From an uncultured virus (IMG/VR IMGVR_UViG_3300037418_002719) (lineage: Duplodnaviria > Heunggongvirae > Uroviricota > Caudoviricetes): a stretch of 64,000 nt of DNA. The notes under the pieces were generated by a model that saw only the letters and a list, made by a program, of their open reading frames with translations, was not told the origin of the DNA and did not search any database. The stretch lies in IMG/VR virus record IMGVR_UViG_3300037418_002719, one strand, 5' to 3'. The position numbers were made by a program, and so were the translations under genes. Position 1 is the first letter of the stretch, and each line of letters opens with the position of its first letter. This document shows, one piece after another, positions 49,049 through 59,980 of the stretch.

Positions 49049-49584
49049 TACTTGAACCTCCTTAGATAGGCGCGAGTCAACGCAACCCGAGTTCGCGTTA
49101 GGTGCTTTCCGTCCGCGCGTGGCTGGCGGCGAAAGCCCCAATGGTGGTACTCGACAACCGAGTCGTAGGGGAAGTAGATCTCAAGCCCGTAGTGGCGCGC
49201 TGCCATCTTCAGCCGCATACGCGTGAAATCGTTATTGACGCCTGAATCGACCCCAACCTCCCACGGTTCGAGACGCCGACCTACCGGTCCGCTCTTGGCT
49301 ACACCATCGGAACGTAGCTCGTGCATCGAGCGGCCGGCCGGGTTCGGTGTTCCCGTGATTCCCCAGGCGGCGCGCTCCGCTGGGGTCGCGTTCTCCATCT
49401 CACGCTGGGTGTGCTTGCCGTGGCGGTGGAGGATCGGCCGAGCGTCGTGGTCGTCGCCTCGATAGATACTCGACGCGGACTGGCCGGCGCGCCTCAGAAT
49501 CAGATAGATGTAGGGGGCGACATCGTAGGGGGCGGGGCAGCCATCGATGACGAGCCACTTCGGGCGGCGTCGTAGTCGTCTCAT
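49048..49584 (-). CDS. M15-family zinc peptidase (second lysis enzyme)
   Basis: SIYR...Q...PNPAGRSMH...VD...EYHH pattern of LAS/M15 peptidases; coupled to the lysozyme. Confidence 0.65.
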   Translation of the reverse strand: MRRLRRRPKWLVIDGCPAPYDVAPYIYLILRRAGQSASSIYRGDDHDARPILHRHGKHTQREMENATPAERAAWGITGTPNPAGRSMHELRSDGVAKSGPVGRRLEPWEVGVDSGVNNDFTRMRLKMAARHYGLEIYFPYDSVVEYHHWGFRRQPRADGKHLTRTRVALTRAYLRRFK

Positions 49585-49799
49585 GAGGAAGTCGTCTCCG
49601 TGTTCACTGTGGTGCTAACCGTCGTCGTGTAGATCGGGCCGCCCTGGTACCACGGATACCTCCAGGGGTTAGCGGGGATCGCGGGCGGCGTTGGGTAAAC
49701 AGGCTGGGGGTTAGGACCACCGCAGTGCAAACAAGCACCGCATAGGGGACAACGCGAGGGCTGAATGACGCCATGCCAGGCAAAGCTGTGGCTACACAT
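49581..49799 (-). CDS. Small Cys/Pro-rich protein (leaderless)
   Basis: TACACT 7 nt before ATG 49799; CPLCGAC..C. Confidence 0.55.
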   Translation of the reverse strand: MCSHSFAWHGVIQPSRCPLCGACLHCGGPNPQPVYPTPPAIPANPWRYPWYQGGPIYTTTVSTTVNTETTSS

Positions 49800-49818
49800 A
49801 TCGTTTAGTGTACCTGAT

Positions 49819-52029
49819 TTAGTAGCGTGAGCGCGCCTGCGTGACCGCGGCGAGTCGAGCGAGCAGCGATTCGAAGTCATTGCGTGTGTTGTCGATCGAT
49901 ACAGACGCAGTTCGCTCGTCGTGGCTGTACGAGACGGTGTCGATGATTCCATCTCGTCCGACGCCGCCAACGTCGGGGTCTACGAGATTGGAGAAGCGTA
50001 CGAGTTCGCCCGAGTACAACAACACCTCGGCAGGTGAGATCGGAGCCCCAGTCAGGGCCGAACGCACGCCTCTTCCGGTGACGCTCCACGAGCCCTTGAA
50101 CGGCGTCCTAGACCGCAACGCTAGGAACACGTCGCCTAGCTGCTTCGCCGCGTTCACCGTCAACGGTGAAGACACCGTTAGGGTCGCTGTGCGGTTTCGT
50201 CCAACGCGATCCAAAAGCGTAGGAACGGCACAATAGATTACGAAGTCGTCGTACCAGCGGTGCTTGCCGGTCGTCGTGGACGTCGCCTGTTCGAAGCGGA
50301 AGTAAACACGATCGCCTGTGTAGGTCTCAAGCGGAGTCCACTGCACCTCAAACTGCTCCCAACGATTGACTACTTGGATGTCATTTGAGGCAATGCCTGC
50401 GGTGATATTGAGCGGCGTCCAGGCAGGAGCGAGAAGCTGCCCGTTGTAGTAGGTCTCTCCGTCGCTGTAGCGCGCAGTGGCCGCGGCGGGATCATCGATC
50501 ATGATGTGCGGCTGGCCGGCGTGGCTGGAGATCGTCATGTCGTCCTGACGAGCCCAGTAGCGGAAGACGTATGTATGGTCCTTCTCAAACGTCATACCGC
50601 TCGTGAACTGGGTGTACACGAAGTCCGCCGTGTTCGTTGTCGCCCGAAGTGACCCGCCGGGCACACTGTGCGAGACCGCGCTATCCCAGGCCCAGCCCGC
50701 GCCGCCGCCAGCGCCTGTCCAGCCGCTGATGTTAGAGGCGAACAGTCCGTTCTGAAAGCTCGGGCTCGATCGTGCCACCAACTGCGTCGACAACGCGCTC
50801 TGCTGTGTCGTTCGACGGACAAGCAGGCTATTGCCGTCCGGTCCCGTTCCGGTCACGTCGACCCTGTTGAACATCTCCTCGGCTACATTGGCTGAGGCGT
50901 CGGAGAACTCAGAACCGGGCTCGTCGCCCGTCTCCAGTGTCGGTGTCGTCGGCTGCGGGGCAAACTTCAGCGCGCCGCCGACCTTGACCTTCGTGCGGTA
51001 GGCGTGAAAGGCGTTGGCGGCCTCGATGATCTCACGTACGGTTCGTGGCTCGCCGATTACGAAGTCGGGAATCTCAAAGGCTGTCGCCGCGATATCGGAG
51101 ACGTCCTGCGTCAGATACGGCTGATGAGACAGCGCATCCTTGACCACGTCATCTGCGTGGAGAACGCTATCGCCGGCCGAGGAGAAAGCGTCGTCGCTGT
51201 AGCAGCGAACGGCCTTGATCATGATGACGTCGTCGGTCGTGGCTGTATAGGTGATGCCACCGTTGAAGACAAAGACTGCAACATAGCGGCGCTTGGTAGT
51301 GACGGTTCCGGTCAGTGTGTCGAATCCCGTCGTCTGTGGCGTCACGGAGGAGGCGGCGTAACCAGAGATGAAGTCTTCATACGTACCGGCCACGCCGCTG
51401 AGTAGATTAGCCGGGTCGTCTGCGTTGCGTACGTAGATGTCGCCGCCGGTAGACATCGTGCCGGGGCCGCGGCCAACCTCGATCGCGACGGACTCAATCC
51501 ACGATGACGGGTCTGGACCAAAATCAGCGACCACGCCAGCGGCAGTTAGTGTTGTCCACGCTGAGCCGTTCGCCGCGCCAAGCGTGATAGCTCCGTCACC
51601 GGCCGAAGCCGTCAACGCCTGCGGCCACTTCGCGAGATTTGCGGTCGGCTGCCCGCGCACATCGCTCCAAACACCGAGGTCGGTCTGGACGTAGGTACGG
51701 GCGTATGACTCGTCGTCGAGCGAGTACTGCTTTCCGCGCGCGGTCACCGCTACTGAGACTGAACTAGCAGAAATCGTCGTTGGGGTTTCCCAAACGTAGC
51801 CGTCCCAGACCACGGCTCCATCGACCTCAAGTTCGATTGGTGCGAACGCGTTGAGATTGAACGCCCCGCCTACCCTGGGATCTCGGCGCAGAGTAAACGT
51901 CAGCGTATCCGGCCCCCACTTGTTGGACGTCGCGGTGATTGCTTCAGGCCAAAAACCAGACCACGAGCCGGTTCCGATTTGCTCCCATTGGTCGCCGAGA
52001 GACTGGATTCGAATGACCGCCGACGACAC
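49819..52029 (-). CDS. Minor tail protein (Tal/hub-like) with a carbohydrate-binding-like insert
   Basis: Second gene after the tape measure; beta-rich; FQNGLF...SGW CBM-like segment; GTG start overlaps the upstream stop. Confidence 0.75.
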   Translation of the reverse strand: MSSAVIRIQSLGDQWEQIGTGSWSGFWPEAITATSNKWGPDTLTFTLRRDPRVGGAFNLNAFAPIELEVDGAVVWDGYVWETPTTISASSVSVAVTARGKQYSLDDESYARTYVQTDLGVWSDVRGQPTANLAKWPQALTASAGDGAITLGAANGSAWTTLTAAGVVADFGPDPSSWIESVAIEVGRGPGTMSTGGDIYVRNADDPANLLSGVAGTYEDFISGYAASSVTPQTTGFDTLTGTVTTKRRYVAVFVFNGGITYTATTDDVIMIKAVRCYSDDAFSSAGDSVLHADDVVKDALSHQPYLTQDVSDIAATAFEIPDFVIGEPRTVREIIEAANAFHAYRTKVKVGGALKFAPQPTTPTLETGDEPGSEFSDASANVAEEMFNRVDVTGTGPDGNSLLVRRTTQQSALSTQLVARSSPSFQNGLFASNISGWTGAGGGAGWAWDSAVSHSVPGGSLRATTNTADFVYTQFTSGMTFEKDHTYVFRYWARQDDMTISSHAGQPHIMIDDPAAATARYSDGETYYNGQLLAPAWTPLNITAGIASNDIQVVNRWEQFEVQWTPLETYTGDRVYFRFEQATSTTTGKHRWYDDFVIYCAVPTLLDRVGRNRTATLTVSSPLTVNAAKQLGDVFLALRSRTPFKGSWSVTGRGVRSALTGAPISPAEVLLYSGELVRFSNLVDPDVGGVGRDGIIDTVSYSHDERTASVSIDNTRNDFESLLARLAAVTQARSRY

Positions 52030-54242
52030 TAAGCGACCCCTCGTCCAAGGTAATAGCGGGGCTGGACGCGCATTGTCACATACATGGGCTGTCCCGCCAT
52101 CCACACGTTCTCGCCAGCGGGCAGGGACGGATCGTCGGGAACCTGATCAGACGTCAGAACCAGTACCTGCGGCTCGCTGTCGCCCGCGATAGTGATCGCC
52201 GCGCCGCTCATACCGCGCGTCTTCGCGTACAGGTTCGGCGGCGTGTTTGATCCACCCGACGCGCCGGTCAGGTTCGAGTACACGCGACGTGACATGATGT
52301 TGCCGAGGCCGCCCGGCATAAACTTCGGGTACGTCGAATCCTGCACCTTACCAGTGGGGAGAACCGCGCGTCCCCGTACCGGTACGCCGGCCACCCAATC
52401 AAGCCCGAACGTGCCGCTTGATCCGTTCCCAGCGACGAACTGAAAGCTCAGAACCCAAGGGGTGCGGCTGAGCCGATCGACAGGAATCGACAAAATACCG
52501 AGTCGATGGATACGCCAACCCGAACCAGTCGCTAGAAGACGACCGTTGGAGCCCCACTCTGAGGTGTAGCGGTGTGAGATTTCGCCGGCCCCTAGCGGCA
52601 ACGCCGACGGAGTCGAAGTCAAAGAAGTCAGGCCGCCGCTCTGATAGAGACGAGCCCACAATTCGATCCTCACCTCGTCTGTGAAGTCGTCTGGGCTGAC
52701 AATGCTTGGGTCGACGAGGACGTTGAACACCCACAAATCGGGAGAGCCGACAGCACTATCCCAGAGCAGGTTGCCGCTGGAGGCGGCGACGTTAGCCGAG
52801 ACGCCCGTGAATCCGATCGGCCCGATGCCGAAGTACGCCGGGTACGTCGTTGTGTCTGTGTCCCACAGGCCGAACGGCTGCGATGCCTGAGCGATTCCGT
52901 TCGAGCCCGCGTTGATCGCCAGCGGCGTCATAGCTGGGCGCTCCCACCAAGACAGCATCGCCCACCCTAGGGAACCACCCGAAACCGTCGATGAGATGTC
53001 GGCCGCGACGTCGATGTCCACCAGCGCAGGAGCCGAGCCCGGCACATGACCAAAACTGGTCTGTCCAGGAACGAAGTAGGCGGCGGGCTGAGATCCGTTG
53101 TAGTTGAAGCCAGAGACGAACGGGTCGAGCCACCAACGCCGGACCTTCTGGGTCGCGGTGTCGCCGACCGGATCGATAGCAAAGCCGTAGGCACCGTCCG
53201 CGGCGAGCGCGGCGTCGCCAGAAGACAACGTTGTTGAGATTCTAGCCGACGAGGTAGCGCCAATGTCGGTGCGGTTCGGGAACCAGTAATCTACATCAGA
53301 GTCGGCCGGCAACGGGAAGAGGTCGGCGCGCACGACGGTGCTTCCGGTCGAACCGCTAACGATTCGCGACGCCCTCAAAACGTAAGTGCCGGCCGAGATA
53401 GCAGAAGTTGTTGCGACCGCAATCTGAGAGTCGACGCCGCCGGTGACCTTACGGATCTCGACGTTGTTGGTTGCGTAGTTCCAGCGCGCGTAGATACGAT
53501 CGCCGTTGGTGGCCTGGCCGAGAATCAGAGACGCCGACCCGGTGGCGCTCGCGCCGACCGTGACAGCGACGGCCGCCTCGCCCTGCCGGTAGGTGTATCC
53601 GCGCGACCACAGGAAGGTCTTCAGTCCGCTGGCGGCAAAGACAAGATCACCGTTGGCGTCAACATAGGTCGCTGGCGGTGTATGGGCTGCGTCGGTGACC
53701 GTGTACTCATCTAGACCATTATTGGTCGTACCGGGAACGCCTACGCGGTCGGGACGAGCCCAGTCCTCGTAAATCCATGTCTGGTCACCGACAGCTAGTG
53801 GTGCGATTTGAAGCTGAGCAGCCATGTGGATACGCTTTGTGCCACTGAACTCGATCCAGCGATACTTCAGTGAAGGTGACTGGGCACAACGAATCTCTGA
53901 GTATCGAGAACGAACAGCGCCCTCAGGCCTCCACTCGATGAAATACGCGCCGTTTGGGTCGGTTAGTTGAGCAGAGATAGACTCCGCTAGATCAAGCGCG
54001 GCCGTGCTAGATGTTCCATCGCCGACGTACCACTCACACTCAAAGACGCCGTTGTCGTGCGTCTCCGAGACAGACTCAGCGCCTTCCCAGCGGCGGCCAC
54101 TCGCTGCGGTCTGGGTGTTAGTCTGGCCGGGAGTAAAACTCAAGGCGTCACGAAGGACGGTCACGTTGACCCCGTCGTTGAGATCCTGAGCAACAATCGG
54201 TCGGCCGTTAGCGCCGAAGTAGACAAGCCTAAGTCGATCCAT
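52029..54242 (-). CDS. Minor tail protein (distal tail, Dit-like, with inserted lectin-like domains)
   Basis: Immediately after the tape measure; PGSAPA and C-terminal PRY motifs. Confidence 0.75.
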   Translation of the reverse strand: MDRLRLVYFGANGRPIVAQDLNDGVNVTVLRDALSFTPGQTNTQTAASGRRWEGAESVSETHDNGVFECEWYVGDGTSSTAALDLAESISAQLTDPNGAYFIEWRPEGAVRSRYSEIRCAQSPSLKYRWIEFSGTKRIHMAAQLQIAPLAVGDQTWIYEDWARPDRVGVPGTTNNGLDEYTVTDAAHTPPATYVDANGDLVFAASGLKTFLWSRGYTYRQGEAAVAVTVGASATGSASLILGQATNGDRIYARWNYATNNVEIRKVTGGVDSQIAVATTSAISAGTYVLRASRIVSGSTGSTVVRADLFPLPADSDVDYWFPNRTDIGATSSARISTTLSSGDAALAADGAYGFAIDPVGDTATQKVRRWWLDPFVSGFNYNGSQPAAYFVPGQTSFGHVPGSAPALVDIDVAADISSTVSGGSLGWAMLSWWERPAMTPLAINAGSNGIAQASQPFGLWDTDTTTYPAYFGIGPIGFTGVSANVAASSGNLLWDSAVGSPDLWVFNVLVDPSIVSPDDFTDEVRIELWARLYQSGGLTSLTSTPSALPLGAGEISHRYTSEWGSNGRLLATGSGWRIHRLGILSIPVDRLSRTPWVLSFQFVAGNGSSGTFGLDWVAGVPVRGRAVLPTGKVQDSTYPKFMPGGLGNIMSRRVYSNLTGASGGSNTPPNLYAKTRGMSGAAITIAGDSEPQVLVLTSDQVPDDPSLPAGENVWMAGQPMYVTMRVQPRYYLGRGVA

Positions 54243-57200
54243 TAGTATCCAGCACCAAAGCGCGTAGTGGGACGGTATCCCTGAAGTGACTGACCAGCCG
54301 TCGCGGCCCGGCCGATCGCGTCAAGTGTGCGCGTATCTCCGGGGTGGAGGGTGTTGACGACGACTGTTGTTCCTCCGAGTCGAGCAAGGCCATTAGAGGC
54401 AAACGGTCCCTGGCCGCCCAGACCAAGCAACGCGCCCAGGGCTGTGTAACCGCCCCGCCCGAGGTCGCCACTGCCGGTGAACACCGACAGCAACGACTCG
54501 GCTACCTTCTGCGCCCGCGCCGCTGTCGCAGCGTTTGTCGTAGCCTGAGCCAGCAGTGCCTGCTGGTCAGGGCTCTGTGCGGTGTCTCCGGTTCCGTTGA
54601 GGGCTGCGATTGCGGCGGTTGCGTCGTTGATCCCAGAGGTCGCCTCGGAGATCATGTTGTAGGCTTGCTCGTCGTTTCCAGGAATAGAGTCGTGTAGAAG
54701 CGCGTCTGCGGCCTTGAGTTCGTCCTTGTAGCCGGAGATCTTATCGTTGTAGCCCTGGATCTGGAGCGCCTTGTCGCCATTGAGCACGCCCTGGCCGATC
54801 TCCGCGTCGCCCTTGGCGATGCTGAGCGAGCCTGGCGTGTTATCTCCACCGCCTCCGCCAGCGCCCCCACCTCCGGAGCCGCCGACCGCGGTTCCGTCGC
54901 TACCGGCCTCGGAGGAGGCCTTGCCGGCGACACCATCGATGTCAGCCTGGGTATCAGCGATGTCTGCGCCGATGTTGCGGTAGTCGAAGCCGGCGTCCTT
55001 CTGGCGCGAACGGAAGTTGGTGAAATCCTCAACCGAGCCGTCGTGGATCTTGGTCTCGCGGCGGATCTCGCCCTTGATGGCCTTGAGTCGGCTGGTCCAC
55101 TCATGGACCTTCTTCTTGTTCGGCTTTTTCTTATTGCGCTCGTTGTCGATGGCCTTCTGAAGACGCGTCTGCTCCTTCGTCAAGGCATGCAAATTCGACG
55201 ACGAGTCGCGGCGGGCCTTCATCAACTCGTTCAACGCCTGAGGCAGGTACTTGACCTCTTCAGCGATCGTTGACTGGAGGTTCTCCTGCCAACCCTTTAG
55301 GGTCTTGAGCTTACCTGCGTAGGAGTTGACTAGGTCCTGGTCGACGACGTAGATATCGTTGCCGAGCCCGTCAGTCTTGCCGCTCTTCTTGAGGAACGTG
55401 TCCGGCTCCTTGATCGAGCGCTCCTGAAGATCGATCTCCTTACCTAGATCCTCCTCCTTCTCTTGAAGCTGCTTGACGTACTGAGCCTTCGGCGACGCCG
55501 TGTTGAGGCGTAGTCCCTTTCCGAATCCAGCGCCCTTGATATTGGTCTTACGCTTACCGGTCTTGTAGGAGCCGGGTTCACGCGGCGTGAACTTCGTCGG
55601 GTAGAATCCAGGTCCAGTGGTCGGGTCGTCGGCCGTGCTGGGACGATTGGTGGGCTTGTGGATGATGCCCCTACCGCCGGCAAACATCGAGATTCCTGTG
55701 TCTCTGGCGAACTGCTTGAACAACTCGATGCCGCGCGCGCGGTGACGCGGCTCGGTTGGAATAACCGACTGAGACGGCTTCAGATCCATCATGGTAGGCC
55801 CATCCACGCGGACAACTAGACCACTCTTGTGATCGGCGACATACTCAGGCGCACCCTGCCAACGCGAGCCCTCGCCGACCAACGCTCGCTCAGATCCTCC
55901 GGGACCGCGTCCCGCCGCCAGGTGCGCAGGGCCTCCAGTAGCGCCGTGGAAACGCGAGTATACATCCTGATAGATCGGCTGCCCGGCCTTGGCGCGCAGC
56001 GAATTCAGCATCGCCGACGCACCGTCGTGGGCGACGATGTTGACGACCTTTGGAGGTAGCCGGAATCCAAGGATGCGAGCCAAGCGTGCAAGAACGTTGC
56101 CGCCGCCCTTTTCGAGCAACTGCTGAGTCTTCGGACCGAGCTTGATGCCCATGATCTTAGCCAGCAACGCGAGCGCCTTCGGGCCACCGGCGGTGGCGAT
56201 CTGCTGCTCCTTACGGGTCAACTTGGTGCCCTTGATGCCTTGCAAGACCTCAACTGCGTGCTTGCCGCCACGCTCAGCAATCGTCAGGTTTGTGCGAATG
56301 TCTCGCACTGCGCGAAGACGACGAATCGCCTGCTCAGCGTTCTTCGAGTTGACGACAATGTCGGTGACGATCTTGGTGGGCGCTCCCGACTTGAGCGCTC
56401 GGTTCGCGTTAGACGCGACGCGGCCAGCGTCCTTAGGGTCGGCGAACTTCAACGCGACGCGCTTGGCCAAACTCTGCGAGCGTCTATAGAGATTTGCGAG
56501 CGCTGTGTTAGCAGCGCCGCTCGCGGCCACCAATCCGTGAAGCTCTCGCTGGTAGTTGAGCGCGTCGGCAATCGCCTGACGAGCAGCATGCCCCTGGGCG
56601 ACCAACGTTTGGTGATACTTGTCTTCGGCCTTAGCGGCTAGGGTCGTCGCGTCGGCTAGCTTCTTGCGCTTATCCTCAATGACATTAGCGCCCTCGCCGT
56701 CCTTGAGCGCGCGATCGAGATCCTTCTGCGCGCTGGTTACACGGTCTGTGGCCTTCTGCCAGTTTTCGAGGCTCTTCTTCTGCTTATCACGAGAGTCAAT
56801 GATCGCCTGGTCGGCGTCGCGCTTCAGTGCCGCAGCCTTCCTGACGCCATCCTCATAGCTCTGTCGCTGCTGTAGAGCAGTATTGAGTTGCTGAAGCTTG
56901 TCCTTGTACTCCTGCGTTCCCTGCTTGCCCTCACGGTCGAGCTTGTTCAACTGCTTCTTCAGGGCCGCTACACGACCAAGTGCCTGCTGATAGTTGTACT
57001 GCGCCTGCCCGGCGATCAGCGTCGCCTCGGACGAAAGCGCTACGTGCGAGTTGAAGTCCTTGTTGACCTTATCTGTGTCCTTGATCGAATCCTTCAGCTT
57101 CTGAAGGCCAGTCTTCATGGTTGCGATCTTGTAGGCCGCAAACCCGCCCGCCGCGGCTAGCGCAGACAGCCCGCCAGTCAACACGATGCTTGCGCCGCTT

Positions 57201-59737
57201 AGCTCACCGATAGCTGCTCCTGAGCCAACAGCAGCGCCGCGTAGTAGGTTCAACTCAGTTGTTGACTTACCGGCTACGCGCTCAATCGCCGAAAGCCCCT
57301 TAGCGCCGGCCGCGCCCTCTCCGACGCCGAGCGCAAGCTGCTCGCCAACATTGATAGCGGTCTTGGGCTTACGGACACGACCGAAGATGTTGCTGGCCGC
57401 GCCGCCGGTGAGGAAATCAACCGCCGCGCCTCCTAGCTTGATCGCTCCTAGCGCCTTGAACGCCGCTCCAAGTTCCTTGACAGCATCGACGACTGAGAGA
57501 ACCTTACCGGCCAGCGTACCAGCAAGGAAGATGCCGAACGCACCAACCAAGAGATCACGGACACCCTTGAACCTTGAGAGTTCGGCGATCCAACGCCCGA
57601 ACGTTGCCGACACGTTCAGGATGATGTCCGAGAACGGACGCATGATGGTCGCCCACTCGACAAACACCTGAGCCAACGGCTTCAGGACACTGTAGAGGTC
57701 CTTGGTTGTGTCGATGGAGTCCCTGAAGAAGCTACCAAGACCATCGGGATTAGAGCGAATGTTGGCAGAGATCCGGTCCATGCCATCGGCGATCGAGTTG
57801 AGGAAGTCGATTCCGCCTCCTCGGCCGGCAGCGACACCGAAGAAGGTCGCCAAAAGGCGGGTCGCCGAACCAGTGATGTGGATGAGGGCCTTGAATCCGT
57901 CAACCATCACACGGACGGCGTTCTTCGCGCCGACCGACTTCGAGGCCTTGTTGACGTTGTCGGCCCAATCGGAGAAGCCCCTTGATAGGCCAGGTAGATA
58001 GTTGGAGAAGTCAGACGCGATGTGACCGAAAGCAGCACCCAATGAGACCAAGCCGTGCAGGAGCGGCGTCAACGATCGGTTGGCGTTCTCGAAAATATTG
58101 TTGAGGGTGTCGCGTCCGCCCTTGCTGCGCAGACGCTGGAACGCCTCGGTGATGCCATCGGCGGCGCGCGTCATGAACCCACGCGTGCGAGCCGCGAATG
58201 ACGGCAGCAACTTGTCAGCAGTCTTGATGCCCTCACTGAAGACCTGACCGAAAGCCTTATCGGCGGCTGGGCGTGTCGCAGACTGGAATGACTTCTTGAG
58301 CTTCTCCAGCCCCTTGAAGGCCTCCGCGGTCTGCTTCGGCATGTGAGCGAAGACAGAGTTCAACTGCTCCTGGGCAGTCTTGGCCTGCTTGGACTTACTG
58401 CCGTACTTGGCGACCGCGTCGTTGTACTTCTTCTGCGCTGCGAACGCGAGCTTCAGGTTGTCCTTGACCGGCTTCAACGCGATCGCAGCGCCCGCGACGA
58501 GCGGAACGAATCCGGTCAACGCCGCCGTGCCCAGCCCGACGCCCCCAGCGAGGCCAACACCGATCGCGCCAGCGAGTGCCCCAACCGCACCAGCGACGCC
58601 GATGACGACAGGTCCGAGCAGTGTCAGTGCTCGTACAGCGCCTCCGATTGTTGACGTGAATGGGCCAAGACGCACCGTGGTATCTGAGAGCGCTGCCGCC
58701 CAACGTGACAACGCCTTTGTTCCACGTTCATCGACATCGAACGACAGGTGAGGCGGCGGATGACCGAGACGATGCAGTCGCTCTTCGAGCCGGCTTAGTT
58801 CCTCGTCGTGAGCCTCAATCTTGATGTCGATCTTGTCGCGCTCGTGCTTGTCGATGAAGATGCGGTTACGCTTGTCGACGAGCTTTTGACGGCGCTCAAG
58901 CAGATCGACGTAGCGGACCGTGTCGCGCTTCACTGTCTGAAGCTCGCGCTCACGTCGCGCGGCGGCGTCACTGACCGCCCTCTCTTCAATCCTGGCGGCT
59001 CGTACGGCGGCCTTGACCCGCTCATTCTCGGTCTTGATTTCCGCGGCGCGGGCACGCTCAGATGCGCGCGCGGCGCGGGCCGCAGCCTGCTCGCGGGCGC
59101 GTAGATCCTTCGCCTCGGCGTCACGGATCGCCTTTGCGGTCTTCTCGAACTGACGCTGCTTCTCGTATTCGGCGCGCCGTGTTGCCTCAACAGCCGCGGC
59201 AAGGCGCTTCTGCTCGGCCTTGACCTCGGCCTCACGTGCCTTCTTGCCTACCTCGGCGCGCTTCTTGGCCGCATCCTCGGCGGCGCGGACCGCGTCTTGC
59301 TCGGCCTTCTTGATCGCGTCGGCGGTCTTCTTGGCCTGCGCAGTACGAAGCTGTGCGATCTTCTTCTCGTTATCCGCTACCGCCTTGACGCGATCCTCGT
59401 CAAGCTGCGCGATGCGGTTGAAGGCCTTGACGTTCTCGGCCTCGTACTGCTTGATGCGGCGCGACGCGTTCGCGAACCCAGCGTTGGCCTTACGGATATC
59501 GACGTCGAGCGTAGCTGTTGCGCGCTCGCGGTCCCAGCGCTCCTTATCAGCCTGCGCCTTGCGTAGCTTGGCGTAGAACTCAGAGGTGTTGGCACCCAGA
59601 CGTAGCTCAGCTTCCTTGCGATCAAGCTTCGCCATCGTTCGGTCGAACTGAGCTTCGACCTCCTTGAGTTCACGGCCAACGTTGCTGTCGACTTCGACAA
59701 CGATCTTACCGTGTCCTAGGATTTCCTCTCCTGCCAT
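54242..59737 (-). CDS. Tape measure protein
   Basis: 1831 aa, Ala/Lys-rich coiled coils and TM-like Gly/Ala segments; follows the tail chaperones. Confidence 0.92.
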   Translation of the reverse strand: MAGEEILGHGKIVVEVDSNVGRELKEVEAQFDRTMAKLDRKEAELRLGANTSEFYAKLRKAQADKERWDRERATATLDVDIRKANAGFANASRRIKQYEAENVKAFNRIAQLDEDRVKAVADNEKKIAQLRTAQAKKTADAIKKAEQDAVRAAEDAAKKRAEVGKKAREAEVKAEQKRLAAAVEATRRAEYEKQRQFEKTAKAIRDAEAKDLRAREQAAARAARASERARAAEIKTENERVKAAVRAARIEERAVSDAAARRERELQTVKRDTVRYVDLLERRQKLVDKRNRIFIDKHERDKIDIKIEAHDEELSRLEERLHRLGHPPPHLSFDVDERGTKALSRWAAALSDTTVRLGPFTSTIGGAVRALTLLGPVVIGVAGAVGALAGAIGVGLAGGVGLGTAALTGFVPLVAGAAIALKPVKDNLKLAFAAQKKYNDAVAKYGSKSKQAKTAQEQLNSVFAHMPKQTAEAFKGLEKLKKSFQSATRPAADKAFGQVFSEGIKTADKLLPSFAARTRGFMTRAADGITEAFQRLRSKGGRDTLNNIFENANRSLTPLLHGLVSLGAAFGHIASDFSNYLPGLSRGFSDWADNVNKASKSVGAKNAVRVMVDGFKALIHITGSATRLLATFFGVAAGRGGGIDFLNSIADGMDRISANIRSNPDGLGSFFRDSIDTTKDLYSVLKPLAQVFVEWATIMRPFSDIILNVSATFGRWIAELSRFKGVRDLLVGAFGIFLAGTLAGKVLSVVDAVKELGAAFKALGAIKLGGAAVDFLTGGAASNIFGRVRKPKTAINVGEQLALGVGEGAAGAKGLSAIERVAGKSTTELNLLRGAAVGSGAAIGELSGASIVLTGGLSALAAAGGFAAYKIATMKTGLQKLKDSIKDTDKVNKDFNSHVALSSEATLIAGQAQYNYQQALGRVAALKKQLNKLDREGKQGTQEYKDKLQQLNTALQQRQSYEDGVRKAAALKRDADQAIIDSRDKQKKSLENWQKATDRVTSAQKDLDRALKDGEGANVIEDKRKKLADATTLAAKAEDKYHQTLVAQGHAARQAIADALNYQRELHGLVAASGAANTALANLYRRSQSLAKRVALKFADPKDAGRVASNANRALKSGAPTKIVTDIVVNSKNAEQAIRRLRAVRDIRTNLTIAERGGKHAVEVLQGIKGTKLTRKEQQIATAGGPKALALLAKIMGIKLGPKTQQLLEKGGGNVLARLARILGFRLPPKVVNIVAHDGASAMLNSLRAKAGQPIYQDVYSRFHGATGGPAHLAAGRGPGGSERALVGEGSRWQGAPEYVADHKSGLVVRVDGPTMMDLKPSQSVIPTEPRHRARGIELFKQFARDTGISMFAGGRGIIHKPTNRPSTADDPTTGPGFYPTKFTPREPGSYKTGKRKTNIKGAGFGKGLRLNTASPKAQYVKQLQEKEEDLGKEIDLQERSIKEPDTFLKKSGKTDGLGNDIYVVDQDLVNSYAGKLKTLKGWQENLQSTIAEEVKYLPQALNELMKARRDSSSNLHALTKEQTRLQKAIDNERNKKKPNKKKVHEWTSRLKAIKGEIRRETKIHDGSVEDFTNFRSRQKDAGFDYRNIGADIADTQADIDGVAGKASSEAGSDGTAVGGSGGGGAGGGGGDNTPGSLSIAKGDAEIGQGVLNGDKALQIQGYNDKISGYKDELKAADALLHDSIPGNDEQAYNMISEATSGINDATAAIAALNGTGDTAQSPDQQALLAQATTNAATAARAQKVAESLLSVFTGSGDLGRGGYTALGALLGLGGQGPFASNGLARLGGTTVVVNTLHPGDTRTLDAIGRAATAGQSLQGYRPTTRFGAGY

Positions 59738-59759
59738 CTGGGTGCCTCACCTCCTCCTA

Positions 59760-59980
59760 TTACTTAGCCGCAGCGCGCAGGCGATCCAAGCCCTCGCGGT
59801 CGTTCTTCCAATCCTCGACCTCGCGCCGCTTCTCTGCGTCCTTAGCCTCCTTCGCAACCTTCAGCGACACCGCCTCCATGATCATGTAGTCGATCACGTC
59901 GTCAGAGTCCATCTGAGGCCAAGGACGGCCTGATTCCTTGAACGTCCGCCAGAGCCTAGTCGCCGTAGTCGAGGCCACGA
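59760..59980 (-). CDS. Tail assembly chaperone frameshift extension (gpT-like)
   Basis: Open +1 frame overlapping the 3' end of the chaperone and ending just before the tape measure. Confidence 0.65.

Noticed and set aside
58930..59400. Low-complexity Ala/Glu/Lys/Arg repeats
   Set aside because: Ordinary coiled-coil region of the tape measure protein, not a DNA repeat element.
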